Shown here: in pieces, positions 1 through 13,319 of the stretch | How the letters are laid out: the number at the start of each line of letters is the position of its first letter | Position numbering within the stretch: position 1 is the first letter of the stretch | DNA from: Lama glama | Lineage: Eukaryota | Length of the DNA stretch: 64,000 bases | Assembly (NCBI GenBank): GCA_028534125.1 | Contig: CM052817.1 | Span: forward strand, 11,038,001-11,102,000 | Direction: 5' to 3' | Translations under genes and position numbers: made by a program | The notes under the pieces: model-generated | Database searches by the model: none | Told to the model about the DNA's origin: nothing | What the model saw: only the letters and a program-made list of their open reading frames with translations

Positions 1-116
1 GGCTGCTCACACACTACAATGGCACAATTGCGTAGGTGTGACAGAGACCAGATAAACCAAAGAGCCTAAAATATTTACTATCTGGCCTTTTCATAAAAAA
101 AAAGTGGTGGCCCTTG
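1..116 (+). mobile_element. MER58-type hAT-Charlie MITE, 3' part
   Basis: gtgacagagacc...agcctaaaatatttactatctggccttt. Confidence 0.75.
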
Positions 117-1746
117 ATCTATTGGAAGGGACAGATATATAAATAGATAAATTACAAGCTCAGAAGAGCCAGGGAAGCTGGATCCTACTGTTGAGTAAGA
201 GAATTTTCCAGATGGAAAGAGAAGGAAGGATATCACAGAGGAGGGGTCAAAAGTGGAAAAATCACAGAGATATGAAAGGGTTCAGAGATCAGAAAGTGGT
301 GAGAAACTCCCAAAAGCCTGGAGTCCTGTCCACCATTCTACAGCTCGGTGGATTTCTGAAGCCCCAGTTGAGTGCTGTTAGATCAGACACCAAGCTTTGG
401 GGAAATTATTGCATATAATAAGATCTGCAGCTTAATCCATATCTCTACACTTTTACTGTGGTTTGCCCGGGGCTCTTGGCCAAATCATGTCACACATGCT
501 TCTGCCGAAATGAGTCTGATGATACAGCTGCATCCTCGCTTCCAAAAGCCATAAAATCCGCAAATGATTACTTTCCAAATTGGAAAGCATTAATATTGCT
601 CTGCCATTCTTGTTTGGGGTGTTGGGGCCGGGGGACAGATACCTCTACAGTCGAGTGGCTACAGATCATAGTCTGTTATTGGGTTAAAGATTCAGTTTCA
701 CCTCATTTTTTTCGAATGCTCTACTCCAACCTTCTCTGACACATCTGTTCATTTGTAACTGGCACTGAAGTTTGAAAAAAATGCACATAGTCAAAGCACC
801 ACCCAGGGAAGATCAGTTAGCTGGCTCTGAGAGACCTTACAGGGTGAATTTGTCAGGGTCTGGCTGTCAGCTTCTGAGTCTAGAATCCCCTCATCAGTGT
901 CATTTCTGTCTGATCAGTATCATCATTGTTGTATCTCTCAGATTTTATCAAGGGCAGTAGCGTTGGGTGCCTCCAAACTAAGTGACCCCAAACCACTGCA
1001 CATTCTGTGACTGCACATTACAATTTTTCTGTCTCCTTTGTGTTCTTGGATGTGTGGGCACCTCTCCTTTCCATTGGTCACCTTCCAGTAGATCCACATT
1101 GCCCATTTCTAAATTGCTAAGAGCCAGAGGGATAATTCAGGCCTTAAAATTGTGTATAAAACAACAATCCACAAACAAAGAGTGAGGGTCTAGAGGGTTC
1201 ATCAGTTACTTAAATTGCAGGAGTTTACTATCTTCAGCTGGTGTCCTCCCTTTGGCTGCCCAGAAGGATTTTATCCTCTTGCATAGTTGCCAGTTGTGTC
1301 CCAGGTAGCTAAGTTCCATGCAGGTTAGAAGCTACTTCTCTGCTCTTGCGACGCTCAGGGACAACAGAGCATGCTTGCCAAGGGAAAACACACCTCTCTC
1401 ATGCAAATGATTTACCTTCATTCAGGACATAGATTTTACAGATCGCTCTACCTATCTTATGGATTGTAAGACTTTCTATTCAATGTCCTTCAACTTAGAT
1501 CAAAGATTGAGGAATTCAGCCAACTGATTAAACCAAGCTTGGCTGTCTGGATGCCAGAGTGTCCTCACATAGTACTTCTCCCCTGCCCCCACTTCCTTCC
1601 CTGGGCTCCGCCCAGCTAAACTGCCCCAGTTCAGGGGGTAGGAACTAGCAAGATCTTACTATTTACTATTACTTTATTTCAGTCTTAAAATACGGGAGGT
1701 AGGACAGAAAAGGGGCAGGGGATTCTATTCAAATATACATGAACTT

Positions 1747-1857
1747 AGTGACCCAGGTGCTGATCTGCCCAGGACTGGGGAGGTTCCCAGGATGCAGGAA
1801 TTTCAATGCTAAAACCAGAAAAGGTCCAGACAAACAGGGATAAGCTGGCCTCCCTGT
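1747..1857. mobile_element. MER81-like hAT-Blackjack MITE
   Basis: gtgaccc...tgcccaggactggggaggttcccaggatgcaggaatttcaatgctaaaaccagaaaaggtccagacaaac. Confidence 0.7.
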
Positions 1858-2424
1858 ATGTGATGTTAATCATGGCCATGATTTTTTTTAGGAATCCATA
1901 ACTGAACTGAAAAGGGAAAAAGAAGGTGATTTTCTAGCAAAAGTAAAAAGGGAAAAGTCATTAAGAGGCTCCAGGTGGTTCCATTGATTGGGAAAGTTTA
2001 TCAATGCATATCAGTTGCTCTGACCTATTTCTTCTGTACTTTCCAAGTCTTCCTATGCCCTGAATTTCCCCTCTGAGCCCACATCTTTCTATTCTAGAAT
2101 ACAAACCTCCCTTGCCAATGTTGTTCATAATTTAAGACACTTCAACATAGAAAGTGCAGCACAAGGCTTGTGTTTGTCTCAGCTGACCTCCAGAAACCTT
2201 CTAACAGGGCTCACACTCCCGAGGGGGCTGCTATGGAAGCCCTTCTGTTGTCTCCATCGCAGTTAACAGCAGAAGCTCTGATAATGAACATCATGAGGGT
2301 CAGAAATGAGCTGTCCCTGGTGAAATTGGTGTTTTGTTAATCAGCATCAGGGAAATTAGGAAGGGACTCTCCTTGGTGAAATTCAGGACATGTGAGTCAA
2401 CAAATATTTGAGAGATGCTCCGGC

Positions 2425-2817
2425 TATATTACTTTCCTAACATTGCCATAACAAGGTAGCATAAAGTACAGTTCTTGAGGTGAGAAGCCTGAAATCAAGG
2501 TGTGGGCAGAGCCATGCTCCCTCTATAGTCTCTGGAGACAAATCCTTACTTCTTCCTAGCTCCTAGTGATTCTCCACAATCCTTTGTGCTCCTTGGTTCG
2601 TGGCTACATCACTTCAAATTCTGCTTCCATTTTATACATCCCGTCCTTTGTGTCTCACTGTCTTCACACAACCTTCTTATAAGGGCACAGGTCATTGGAC
2701 CACCCTCATCCATTATGACCTCACTAACTACATCAGCAAAGACCCATTTCCAAATAAGGATCGCTCTGAGGTTCCGGGTAGACATGAATTTGGGGGGACA
2801 CTATTCAATCCAATACA
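2425..2817 (-). mobile_element. MaLR solo LTR (MLT1B/C-like)
   Basis: gaaatcaaggtgtgggcagagccatgctccctct ... ggggggacactattcaatccaataca. Confidence 0.85.
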
Positions 2818-3284
2818 CTGCCCATGCCTAAAGAAGGTATAAGACCCTAAAAAGCATCTAATTGTAGAAATAGTGTTTGAGACCTGATTTCTAACAGCGT
2901 CTAGCTATTGGGTCAGAGGATTTCTGGTTGCCTGATAATAATTAGATAGCACTGTATGAACCTTTCATCAAAATGAAGGTCATACTACTGAAAAGGTCGG
3001 GAAGTTGAGGGTTCATGAGACTTTTAGAACATTTGAATGCATCATCTTGCCTGCTAGATATCACATGCTTGGTGAATAAATATCTGTATGTGTGTCAGAA
3101 TTTGGTCTAACACTTGCTTTCATTATAAAACGTGGCAATGAAATTGTAAGAGAATGGTGGTCACTCTCACACATGCCAACAATTTGGTGGCTACTATTAT
3201 CACAAAAAGAACCAAGGAGTTGGGCATAGGCAAACTGATGTAAGTTGTATGCAACATCTTTAACATCACTTTCTTCTCTCTCCT

Positions 3285-4645
3285 TCCCTTCCCAGCCAAA
3301 CTTCCAAAAAGAATAGTCTACTCTCTCTTATATTCACTTCTACCCTTTCCATTCTCCCCTCAACCCATTGAAACTTGGCTTCTGCCACCATCAAACCAAT
3401 AGAATGCGTTCTTCAAGGTCATCCAGGTTTTTTGAATTGCCAAACTCAATGGATGTTTTTCAATCCTTCTCTTAGGAACTGTCAGCAACATTGGACTCTG
3501 CTGAGCATTCATTTCCTCCCACAACCCTCTTTCCTCAGCTTCCATAGCACACCTTCCCCCTAACCCTCCTACCTCTCAGTATATTGCCCCCTAGTCTCTT
3601 TCAAGGGTTCTTCACCTTCTAGCTACTCCTTTGGGCATGTATTCCTGAAAGTAATAGTCTGGACCCACTGTTGTTTTTATTCTACACATTCTCCCCAGAT
3701 GGGTAATTCATTTGTCACTACTCTAAGCTGATGACTTCAAAGTCATGTTTCTCTAAGCTTCCAATTTGCATGCCCAATACCTGCTCGATGTCTCTGCCTG
3801 GGTGACCCACGGGTATCTCAGATCTGCTTGCTTAAATTGATCGCAATGCTTCCCACCAATATCTAGTCTTACCCTGGGGTGGACCTCAGGTGATGGCTGT
3901 ACCAGACAAGGCAGAAACTTGACCAATTCCTCTTCTTCCCCACTCACATCCAATCACCAAGTCCTCAACCCATCCCTTCTCTCCCACTACAACGGCCCCT
4001 GTGCTGCTGGGGGAGCCTACCCTCTTGCCTCAAGTCTTAGCCCCTCAAATCTGCCTTCCATACAGATTGTCCAACACAAGAACTGTGTTAGAAACTCACT
4101 TACGGATCTGCAATAACCCACTTCCCTTTCTGAAAGCAGAATTTCCCAACCTTGGCACTATTGACATTTACAGTCAGAAAATTCTCTGTTGTGAACCACT
4201 GTCCCTGCATTGTCAGATGTTTAGCCACATCTTTGTGTTACACACACCCCCTCCCCCGGTTGTGACAGTCAAAATTATCTCCAAATACCACCTAATGTCC
4301 CCTGGAGGGATGCAAAATCACTCTGACTTGAGAAGCACTGACCTGAACAACAAAGCCAAAATCCTAATGTATCAAAAATGGCCCTTCATCAGCTGGGCCC
4401 TGGCTACCTGCTGACCCTGCCTCTTCCCTCTCCCTGTGGTATGCCTGATAGTCTATGAAAATACAATTATACCTAATACACTGCATCGTAATTAATTCTG
4501 CGTGTGTCTGCATTTCCCAGGAACCGTGTGCTCCTTGAGTCTATAGGACCATCACTTATTCCTCTACATCTTCTAAGTGTGTAACAGATGTAGTGCCTGG
4601 CGATTGTCAGTATTTAATGTCGTTGGATAAATGAACAAATGAATT
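3285..4645 (+). mobile_element. L2 LINE (RT region to 3' end), interrupted by MER20
   Basis: Degenerate QSGF-HHSTETAL-KVTND-like stretch at 3365-3425; 3' tail gtgcctgg...gttggataaatgaacaaatgaa. Confidence 0.8.
4137..4340 (+). mobile_element. MER20 hAT-Charlie MITE
   Basis: cagaatttcccaaccttggcactattgacattt ... ttgagaagcactg. Confidence 0.9.
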
Positions 4646-4934
4646 GGAGAGGAGCCTACTGCTGCCCCATCTCTGATGAGATAAAGCTACATACTTGCCT
4701 CTTCAACTTTTGAGAGCTTCACCAAGTGTATTCCTAGGTTACTCTCTGGGTCAAGGTGTACACTTTACCTTCCCAGAATATAATATCTTCCAAAACAAAG
4801 ATCTTTGAATTAAGCTTCTTATCTAAATCTCATGTCTCCCACCACAATACTGAGCTCATAATGTAGCTTAACAAAGACTTTGAGAAACACATCGGCTCTC
4901 GTTAAAAACTTCAACAATGGAACACGAGGCTGGC

Positions 4935-5710
4935 TGAGGTAGTTATTAAGCACATGGATTCCAGAATCTGACAATCTAAATTCCAATCCCGGTTTTTTTC
5001 CACCTCTTACTAGCTGAAGAACCTTAGAATATTCATTTAACATATCTAAGTTTGTTTCTTTGCAGGGCAAAATGAAGATAGTCTTAGTACTTACCTTGTT
5101 CATTAAAAAAATTCATTGATTGTTTATTATAAGCCAAGCACTGGAGGTACAATTGAGATCAAAACAAAGTTTCTTCCCTCACTGGAGCTTGTATTTCAAC
5201 AGATAAAAACAAACAATAAACATGTAACAGATAATGCAATTCCTGACAATGAAAAGAGCTGCAGGGAAAATTCAGCAGCGCATTGGGATGCAGGTGAGAG
5301 AACCTTAGAAAAAATTATCAATGAAAACCTCATTGAGGATGGACTTGCTCTCCTTAATTACAGAAGGTGTTGTGAAGAGAAAGTGAAATGCATGCATTCA
5401 AATCGCTGGATATTGAATATTCAAAAACATTCTGTAAATATTTACTGTTGCTCTTACAGGGAATCCCCACTAGAGGGCCCTACCTCTCAGTGAGTCCTGG
5501 CCGTGTGCAGGCACGTGGCTCATCGTTTTACATGTAATTTCCACTTATCTTCCCAACAGAAACAACCTTGAAGAACAGGTATTATTGGCTCCATTTTCCA
5601 AGACTGAGGCTCAGAGAGCAGCTGGCCCGGCGGTCACACGGCTGGTAAGTGGTAGCGCCGTGCAGGTCTGCCCGACATCACATCTGTGCCCTTTCAGTCA
5701 GATCATGCTG
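4935..5710. mobile_element. Cluster of MIR pieces and an antisense L2 3' end
   Basis: MIR at ~4935-5100 and 5340-5450 (+), L2 tail at ~5100-5340 (-), MIR at ~5490-5710 (-). Confidence 0.65.
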
Positions 5711-6560
5711 CCTCTTTCTTCGCACTGACTTCCCTCAAAAACAAAGAGAGATGAACACAGGAGTCAAAGATCAATAAAGGTCTTTTATTGGTTGAGAAGC
5801 ACTGACCTGGAGAAAGGGGAAAGAGACAGATATATGCAAAGTTCGTGGTTCACAATTTGGGGTCAAAAGCCCTGACAAGCCACCGAGTGAGCAAGACCCT
5901 CACAACAAAGGAAAATTCTTTGGAAATGTTTTCAGAGACGGTCCAGCTTACTGCTCCATCCTGGGGCTGCAGGCCTCCGAGAGTCCCATGAAATCAAAGC
6001 TCAAAGCAGCGACACTTCGTTGCTGTGAAACAGAACTGAGACTGGAACACTTCCTCCAGGCCCCCTCAGGGCAGAAGTAGGTGGAAATTTTCATTCTGGG
6101 AGTCCAACAGAATTTATTTTCTTTAAACAATTTTCTGGGTTTTCCCCCGACACACCGAAGACTGTGCCCAGAGAAGCAGGTAAAGGGACCCCAAAGCTTC
6201 CATTTCAGGAATCTGGAGGGTAAGGATGCACCTTGAATTCAACCCAAGTCGTACCTTACAGTCAGCGGAATGGACAGCCTGATTGCTCTGTGGATAGATC
6301 AGCAGCTTGTGGGGCGAACACAACCAGTCCGCACTAACTCTGGAGACAAGAAATGTGGGGAATAAACTCCAAACGGTTCATCCTGTCATCCACCAAACAT
6401 TGATTAAACATTAATATTGTGTCTGACTTACAAGGAAGACACATGCTGCAGTATTGTTCACACTGTTGCTTTACCTAACTCGATTTGCATTTTGACCAAG
6501 AGCAAACACAATTGTGTCATATTTACTGTAAAAACACATTCTGCATTTTTCAAATTAAAG

Positions 6561-6759
6561 CAGTGGTGTGCTTGTAAAGGTCTGCCAGTTGTCCAAGTTG
6601 GAGTGGGTGGTGAGAAGCCTGATGTAAGGTGTTTGCCAATTTCCATGGTGTAAATATTTCCACCACAGCCAGTTTTGAGCAACTGCTGTGAAATCACTGA
6701 GATGAGGAGTTGGGAGGAGAAACCAGGAGCCAGGGCGAGCAAGCTCCAGCACACCACTG
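6561..6759 (-). mobile_element. MER63A-like hAT MITE
   Basis: Perfect 12-bp TIRs cagtggtgtgct (6561-6572) and agcacaccactg (6748-6759). Confidence 0.85.
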
Positions 6760-7047
6760 AAAACTAGAAGTTTGCTAGTGAAGTCTTCCCCCAAAGCTTA
6801 TAAAGAAGTGAACTGTAGTCCACAAATTCCAAGAAGACAGCATAATGTAATAGCAAAAGCATGAAGTGAAATTCAGATCCCTGAGTTCTAGGCTTGACTT
6901 TGCCTCGGATATCCTGTGTGATTTGGGATTAGTCTTTTTTCCCACTCTGAGCCCAAGTGTCTCATGTCTGAAAGGCAGGACTGAGACCACAGCAGTACTG
7001 TTCAATCACGACTATGCATTTGAATCACTGGGGATTTTTTTAAAAAC

Positions 7048-7470
7048 TATGCTGTCATTCCCATTGCTGTTACATTATGTAAGACTCCATCCTGACTCCA
7101 TCCTCTCTCTTGCTGGAAGCTTCCATGCTGTGAGCTGCCTGTGGAGGCACCATGTGGCAGAAACTGGGGGGGAGACACCCTGGAGTCCAGAGCAGTCTCC
7201 AGCCAACAGCCAGCAAACAGCTTTAGTTCTCAGTCCTACAACCACAAAGACATCAGTTCTGCCAACAACATGGATGAATTTGGAAGCAGACTCTTCTCTA
7301 GTTGAGCCTCCAGAAGCCATGCAGCCCAGCTGACACCTGATTACAGCTTTATGAGACCCTAAAACAGAGAACACAGTGAAGTTGTGCCGGCCCCTGATCC
7401 AGAGACACTAAGATAACAATGTAAGCTGCTATGTTGGAGGTAATTTATTATAAAGCATACAAAATATATA
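7048..7470 (+). mobile_element. MaLR LTR (MLT1E/F-like) within a MER5-like MITE
   Basis: ccagccaacagccagcaa...cagtcctacaaccacaa...ttggaagcagactcttctctagttgagcctccaga. Confidence 0.8.
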
Positions 7471-7828
7471 TAATCCAAAAACACTAAAACTTCACTCAAC
7501 TAGAGGTCCTCAGGCATCTGAGGAAACAGCAGGTTCACGTTTCCCTTTCTAAGCTCATGCCAGGGCGTCAGCTCACTGCATGGAATGCCTGGCAGAATTA
7601 CTCACACTTTTAAAAATATACTTGATTCCTTTTTTTTTGATCTTTAGTTTGTTAAATTCTATTAAGTGTGCCAATGATGTGACCTTATTATAAAATTATA
7701 TTATACTTCATAGTTTATACATTTTTATTTCCTAATCTTTACCACGTCCCTGTGTGGTATCTTTATTGTATTAGTATTCTTTTGCTGGGTAAAAAAAATT
7801 GCCACAAACTCAGAGGCTTAAAAGCACG

Positions 7829-7907
7829 TATTCATTCACAATAGCCAAAAGGTGAAAGCAACTCAAGTGTCCATTGAGAAGTGAATAAATAAATAAAATA
7901 AAAATAA

Positions 7908-7939
<32 letters not shown>

Positions 7940-8335
7940 ACTCCCAGTGGAATATTATACAGGCTTAAAAAGGAAGGAGCTTCTGGCACGTGCTACAACA
8001 CGGATGAACTGTGAAGACATATGCTAAGTGAAATAAGTTGGTCACAACAAGACAAATGCTGTATGATTCTGTTTTGATGAAGTATCTATATTAGTCAAAT
8101 TCATGGAACAGAAAGTGGAATAGCGATTGACAGGGCTGGGGGAGGGGGAAATGGGAAGCTGCTATTTCATGGGTACAGAGTTTTCAGTTTTGCAGGATGA
8201 AAACATTCTGGAGATTAGTTGTACACAATGTGAATATGCTTAACACAACTGAACTTAATAATAGTTAAGATGATAAATTTCATATTATGTGTATTTTACC
8301 ATAATTTTTGAAAATTTTTAACTAATTACCAAAAA
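7829..8335 (+). mobile_element. L1MB-like 3' end with internal (CA)n
   Basis: attcacaatagccaaaaggtg...atgctaagtgaaataag...tatgtgtattttaccataatt. Confidence 0.85.
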
Positions 8336-8573
8336 AAAAGTATTTATTATCTGACAGCTTCCATGGGTCAGGAGTCCAGGCTCGGCTTGGCTGCCTTCTG
8401 CTCAGGGTCTCGGGAGGCAGCATTTTCATGTGGGGGTTCAACTGGCAAAGAGTCGACTTCCAAGCTCATGCAAGTTGTTGGCAGCGTTCATCTCCCTGCG
8501 TTCTTGCTTTCCACCAGCTGGAGCTGCTCTCAGCTCTCAGATGCTGCCTGTGATTCCTTGCAGTGGGGTCCTC

Positions 8574-8941
8574 TGTCTCAGTCTGTTGTGGTTGCTATAA
8601 AAACGACCCTAGTCTGGGAGGCTTGAACAATAAACACTCATTTCTCAGAGTTCCACAGGCTGGGAAGTCCAACACCAAGGCAGCAGCAAATCTGGTGTCT
8701 GGGGAGAGCCCACTGCCTGGTCATGGATGCCATCTTCTCGTGGTCGCCCTGCGTCCTCACATGACAGAAAGGATGAGGGAGCTCTCTGGGGTCTCTTCTG
8801 TGAGGTCCCTAAACCCATTCATACTCCACCCTCATGACCTGGTCCCCTCCCAGTGGCCCCACCCCAAATACCATCACTTTGGGGATTAAATGTCAACATA
8901 TGGATTTGGGGTGGGGGGACACAAACTCTCAGTCTATAGCA
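8574..8941 (-). mobile_element. MLT1A-like solo LTR with intact TG...CA ends and 5-bp TSD
   Basis: TSD tcctc at 8569-8573 and 8942-8946. Confidence 0.9.
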
Positions 8942-10679
8942 TCCTCTCCACCAGTCCTCTCATAGCATGGCAGGTTACTTCTTCAAAGCCGGTAAGGCTG
9001 GTCTCTTTTCAGCCTGCAAAGACGATCTGAGATAATGTAATCTAGTCAAGGAACTAATATCTCCGTACCTTTGCCATGTTCTCTCAGCTAGACACAGCTC
9101 ACAGTTTCCTCCCACCTTCAGACAGAGGGATGTAACAAGGTTGTGTTCACTGGGAGTCACCTTCCGCATGTCCACCACAACTGGGGACCCCATGTGACAC
9201 ATGAGAAAATCAAAGCTTAGCAAGGTTATGTGCATATCCAAGGTCACCCATCCAGCAACAGGCTGAATGGAGACCTCCAGCTACTGACTTCTGAATGCAA
9301 CGTCCAGGCTCTATTCAGTCCTCAGGCGTAGGAGCCAACAGGCACTCAGTGGAACAGGACCAAGGCAGCCAATCTCCTTTTACGTGTGGCAGCAAAGACA
9401 GCCAAACCTTAAGAAACAGCCCTCAAGTCTCAGCAGGAAATTGGCTGGATGATGTGGCTTTTGTGTTTCTTTTCAGTACTCCTGAGTTCAACGTCAGCAA
9501 TCAGGATTTTAGGAGCCTATTCTGAAGTCCAATAAACAATCTTGTTTGTAAAAATACTTTGAAAACAGTAAACCACAGTTTGATCGCTTTTAAAATGACT
9601 GCATGTTTAGCCAATTCTTTGAAAGGAAACAGTACCCTGACTTGTTAAAAATCACTTCTCTTAGAAGTGAGATTGAGATCATATCAGAGAATCTCGGAAC
9701 CCAATTAGAACACATAGTGCTCATTCAGCATCAGAGAAAGAAAAGCTTCCAGCAAAGTAAATAGAGGTGAAGAGATTTACAAAATAAAATTAGCAAGGGA
9801 CGATGAAAACAAACTAGTGAGATCAGCTTAGAATTTACTTTTGACTTATGCGTAACACTCAGAAGATTTCCACCTTCCAAACCTGCTCAAGGTCACCTCC
9901 CAGGATTCTTCTCTGCTGGACAAAACTCAGATGCTTTTCCTTGTCACTGTGATAATATTCAGTGACAGAAAAAGGAAATCTATTCCTCACACTGGTAAAA
10001 CTGGGAATTTACTTAGATTGTTATTTTACATATTTATTCCCACTTAATAATTATTGCAGGGTATTTGAAAGTCATGAATAGCTCAGCTAACTTAGAAGAG
10101 ATTGGCATTCTTCCAAATGTATGCTTTCCAATAGAATGTCTTAAAACAGGAATAAAGGAAAGCGTGGACGGATGGCCCCTTCTTGTAGTAAAAATGAAGA
10201 GATCAAATATCATATTGTGGAGGAAAATGTCACCAAGGAAAACTATGTGCTTTTGTTTCTAAGTTAATTACAAGATCCTTACCTCTCAAGTTCATTTCCT
10301 ATTCAGCCTTATTGAAATGTGCTGTTGTGAATGAAAGTTCATTTTGAAATCAAGCTCAAGAAGCAAGTGGCTCCCAGACACATATGGTATAAACCTTACA
10401 GGTTCTTCAGCTATAAAGACCAATGTTGGGGGCAGGTCCTGGTCTGGTGTCCCTTCCTGTGTGGGTATCTCCACCTCAGATATTGGAAAGCAAGCTACTT
10501 TTTTGTTTGTTTGTTTCCACTTAGAAACAGCTTCAGCATGGCTTCATCTCCAGTTAGCATCCCCACCATGGTAAGAAGAGAGAATTTTAGCCTTCCCATT
10601 CATCTTCATACCAACCAGCTACCACAGGGCACAGCTGTGCTGAGCCCAGGAGCTGTCACTGATCGTCGAAAGGGATTAC

Positions 10680-10900
10680 GGAGTGGCATTAAGTGTGCCA
10701 ATTGTGGAGGCAGACTGTGTGGGTTTGACACAGTGGTAGGATTTCAGGCAACTTGCTCAACCACTCTGTTCCTCGGTTTTCATATCTGAAAGATGGGATG
10801 ACAGGAACACTCACCTTATAGGTTGTTGTGAATATTAAATGGCTTGATTTATCCAAAGCACTTGGAACAGTGTTTGGTGCTATATAAGTATTTGCTGTCA
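10680..10900 (+). mobile_element. MIR SINE
   Basis: ctcggttttcatatctgaaagatggga...ttgttgtgaatattaaatg. Confidence 0.8.
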
Positions 10901-10989
10901 TGATTCTTTCTTTCTCTACAACATGAAAGAGGTTAAATGCATGTTGATTGACCAACTGACAATACAAGTGACAGTAAATTATTAAAAAG

Positions 10990-11460
10990 CTAAAATCCTC
11001 ATGACCTGATCCCTACTTACATGTCCAACCTTACTTCCTACCTCCCCATTCCCTTCTCAAGTCTGTGCTCCACCCTCACGAAGCCTCTTTCAGTTTCATA
11101 AATTCTCCACCTTCTCCTTATCTTTGACCTTTGCACCTGCTGTGCTTCTGCCTGGAACACTGACACCCACAGCCACCCTCAACATGGCTCACCTCACTGC
11201 CTCCAGGAAGCCTTCCTTGACCCCAGGCTCAATTATGTGGCCCTCTCTCTGCTCCCATGTGCCCCTGGACCCTACGTGAAATCACTTGATGTTCTGTATT
11301 ATGATGGTATATTTGTTTCCTCTCCCATTGTCGAGTGAGATCCTTGAAAAGACAACCTGGACCATGTTCACCAGCTTCCTCTACCTGGCACATGACTTGG
11401 CATTTAGTAGGTGTTCAATATGGACATGCTTTTGTTGAATGAATGGACAAATGAATAAAT
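10990..11460 (+). mobile_element. L2 3' end
   Basis: cctccaggaagccttccttgacc...tagtaggtgttcaata...ttgttgaatgaatg. Confidence 0.8.
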
Positions 11461-11736
11461 TGGAATGCCTACTAATATCTGCTATTTCAAAGAGTCACTA
11501 CTATGGGCAAGAGTGAAAGAACTAATTTTAAAAATCTTACAATCCAATTAGGAAGATAAGTGGATGAAAAGTTAAATAATTATAAAAGATTCAAATACTT
11601 TGGTAATTACAAATAAAAGTTAAACCCTCTTACACTTATCACTAACCATGATATCAGGGTGGCCAGCTAACTCCAAATTCCACTGGAAATATTACAGAGC
11701 ACAAAGCCTTCTACAAGGATCCAGAAATTAAGACTC

Positions 11737-11893
11737 ATATTTCATTGATGATAATACATTTTCTCAAATTTTAACATCTCAATGATGCATCTTATAAACA
11801 ATGACGTTTCATAGTTTAAGCAGAAACATCTTTCTTTCTTAGTGGTACCTAAAACAATGGTGCATCTTACAGTTCATGGTGTTCAATGAAATT
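11737..11893. mobile_element. MER104-like Tc2 MITE
   Basis: atatttcattgat...ttttaacatctc...cttagtggtacctaaaacaatggtgcatcttaca...caatgaaat. Confidence 0.7.
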
Positions 11894-12699
11894 CTATGGC
11901 AAAATAAGGGGAAACAGTCAAGGAAAACTAATTATTGTATATGCATTTTTTTCCTTAGAGCAAATATCAGAGACTTTAAGGACTGGACATATGAGGACTT
12001 TGCTTTTCTCTCCTGTAGCAAGTAATTACACGTAAATGGTTCCAGGGATCCTGGAAGGCAACTCCTTTTCAATGCCCTGGGTGACTATCTGATGAAGTTT
12101 AAAAGTAGAGAGCTTATCTTGGCAGCCTACGAGGATAAAACCTAACAGATGAACGGATACAGGCTGCAGTAACTACATCTAAACATTCAGTAGAATACCT
12201 CACTCTCATTTTTATGTTCTTCTAAATGCGGATAATCTCGCCCATCTTACACCCTTTTTTGTGAAATTTATGAACGATGAAAAATAACTCTGCTATCTTA
12301 CAGAACCCTTTATAACTGACTCCTTCCTCTACCCAATGATCATTCCTGTGTGCGGCTCTGTTTTGAAAGGTGATAAACAATTTATTAGTTCCATTAAAGA
12401 CACCTCCTTATGAAATGAGAGCGTTCCTTAAAGTGACATGGTTCCAGCTAGAATCACAGGTTCTGTCATGAACGACACAGAAGCTGAAGATTTATAATAC
12501 TTATCAGTAGACTACAGCATCTCACTTGGCAAGTATAATGTTTAATTTATTTGATTTCTTAGCTGATTTCACACTTACTAGGATTTTCACAGTATAGTCA
12601 CACTAATTCTTTAAAATAATCTCCTTGTAATACCAGGCAGAGAGTGGAAAATAGATTTTTGCCAGAAACTGCTTCTTAAAAAATTGCAAAATAGAGATT

Positions 12700-13060
12700 T
12701 TGGAGGTAACTTATCATGCCTCTGTTGTTTCTCATGGCCTCTGTCAGACACACACACACAGCAATGCAATGCTCTCCTGTCAAACTAAATCCATCTTATT
12801 TTGATATTTAAACAAATTACATAATTTTATCTTTAATCAACACAGTCAATTTGGCTAATGCACATGAGGTGATTGGGTGTCGATGTGCTAATAATAGTGT
12901 CTGGGTGCTAATGCCAGAAAGGCTGAATTCCCTGAGAATAAGCCTGGATTAACTACAAGCGTTCGCCTCTTGGCTTTCCTAGAACTATTTGGTTTCACCT
13001 TCATTTAACCTTGACATTCATAAACCAAATCTAAAGGTTTGACAAATAGGGATCCAACTT
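12700..13060. promoter_or_regulatory. Candidate conserved non-coding element
   Basis: Non-repeat, AT-rich; four TGACA/TGTCA sites, TAAACAAA 12809-12816, TTCCTAGAA 12976-12984. Confidence 0.3.
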
Positions 13061-13319
13061 AAACACAGAGTAGAATGCCAAAACTCCTACACATATTGTC
13101 CTGGGCAGGGGTCGGGGGGATGTGAAGCTGAATGAGACCATCTGCTTTTAGCACCTTGCACTTTGACCTCATCTAGTAAATATGGCTCAAGAATCACGTA
13201 GTCTGTTATTAAAAAGGATCTGTGGTGGATAAAAGAAAAAATGTATATTTGAGGGGTACTTAATTACCCATGAAAATATTCAAGGACCTGTGGCCATGAA
13301 GAAATGATGTCATCACACC

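Larger units (their letters stand above)
7767..9179 (-). mobile_element. MaLR LTR (MLT1E-like) split by an L1 and an MLT1A
   Basis: Segments 7767-7826, 8341-8573 and 8942-9179; starts tgtattagt, ends ccaccaca. Confidence 0.75.

Noticed and set aside
4001..4414. 137-aa ORF
   Set aside because: Spans an L2 and a MER20.
6866..7333. 155-aa ORF
   Set aside because: Runs across MIR/MER5/MLT1 repeat sequence; chance ORF.
10331..10789. 152-aa single-exon ORF
   Set aside because: No recognisable domain; crosses a (TTTG)n tract and ends in a MIR.
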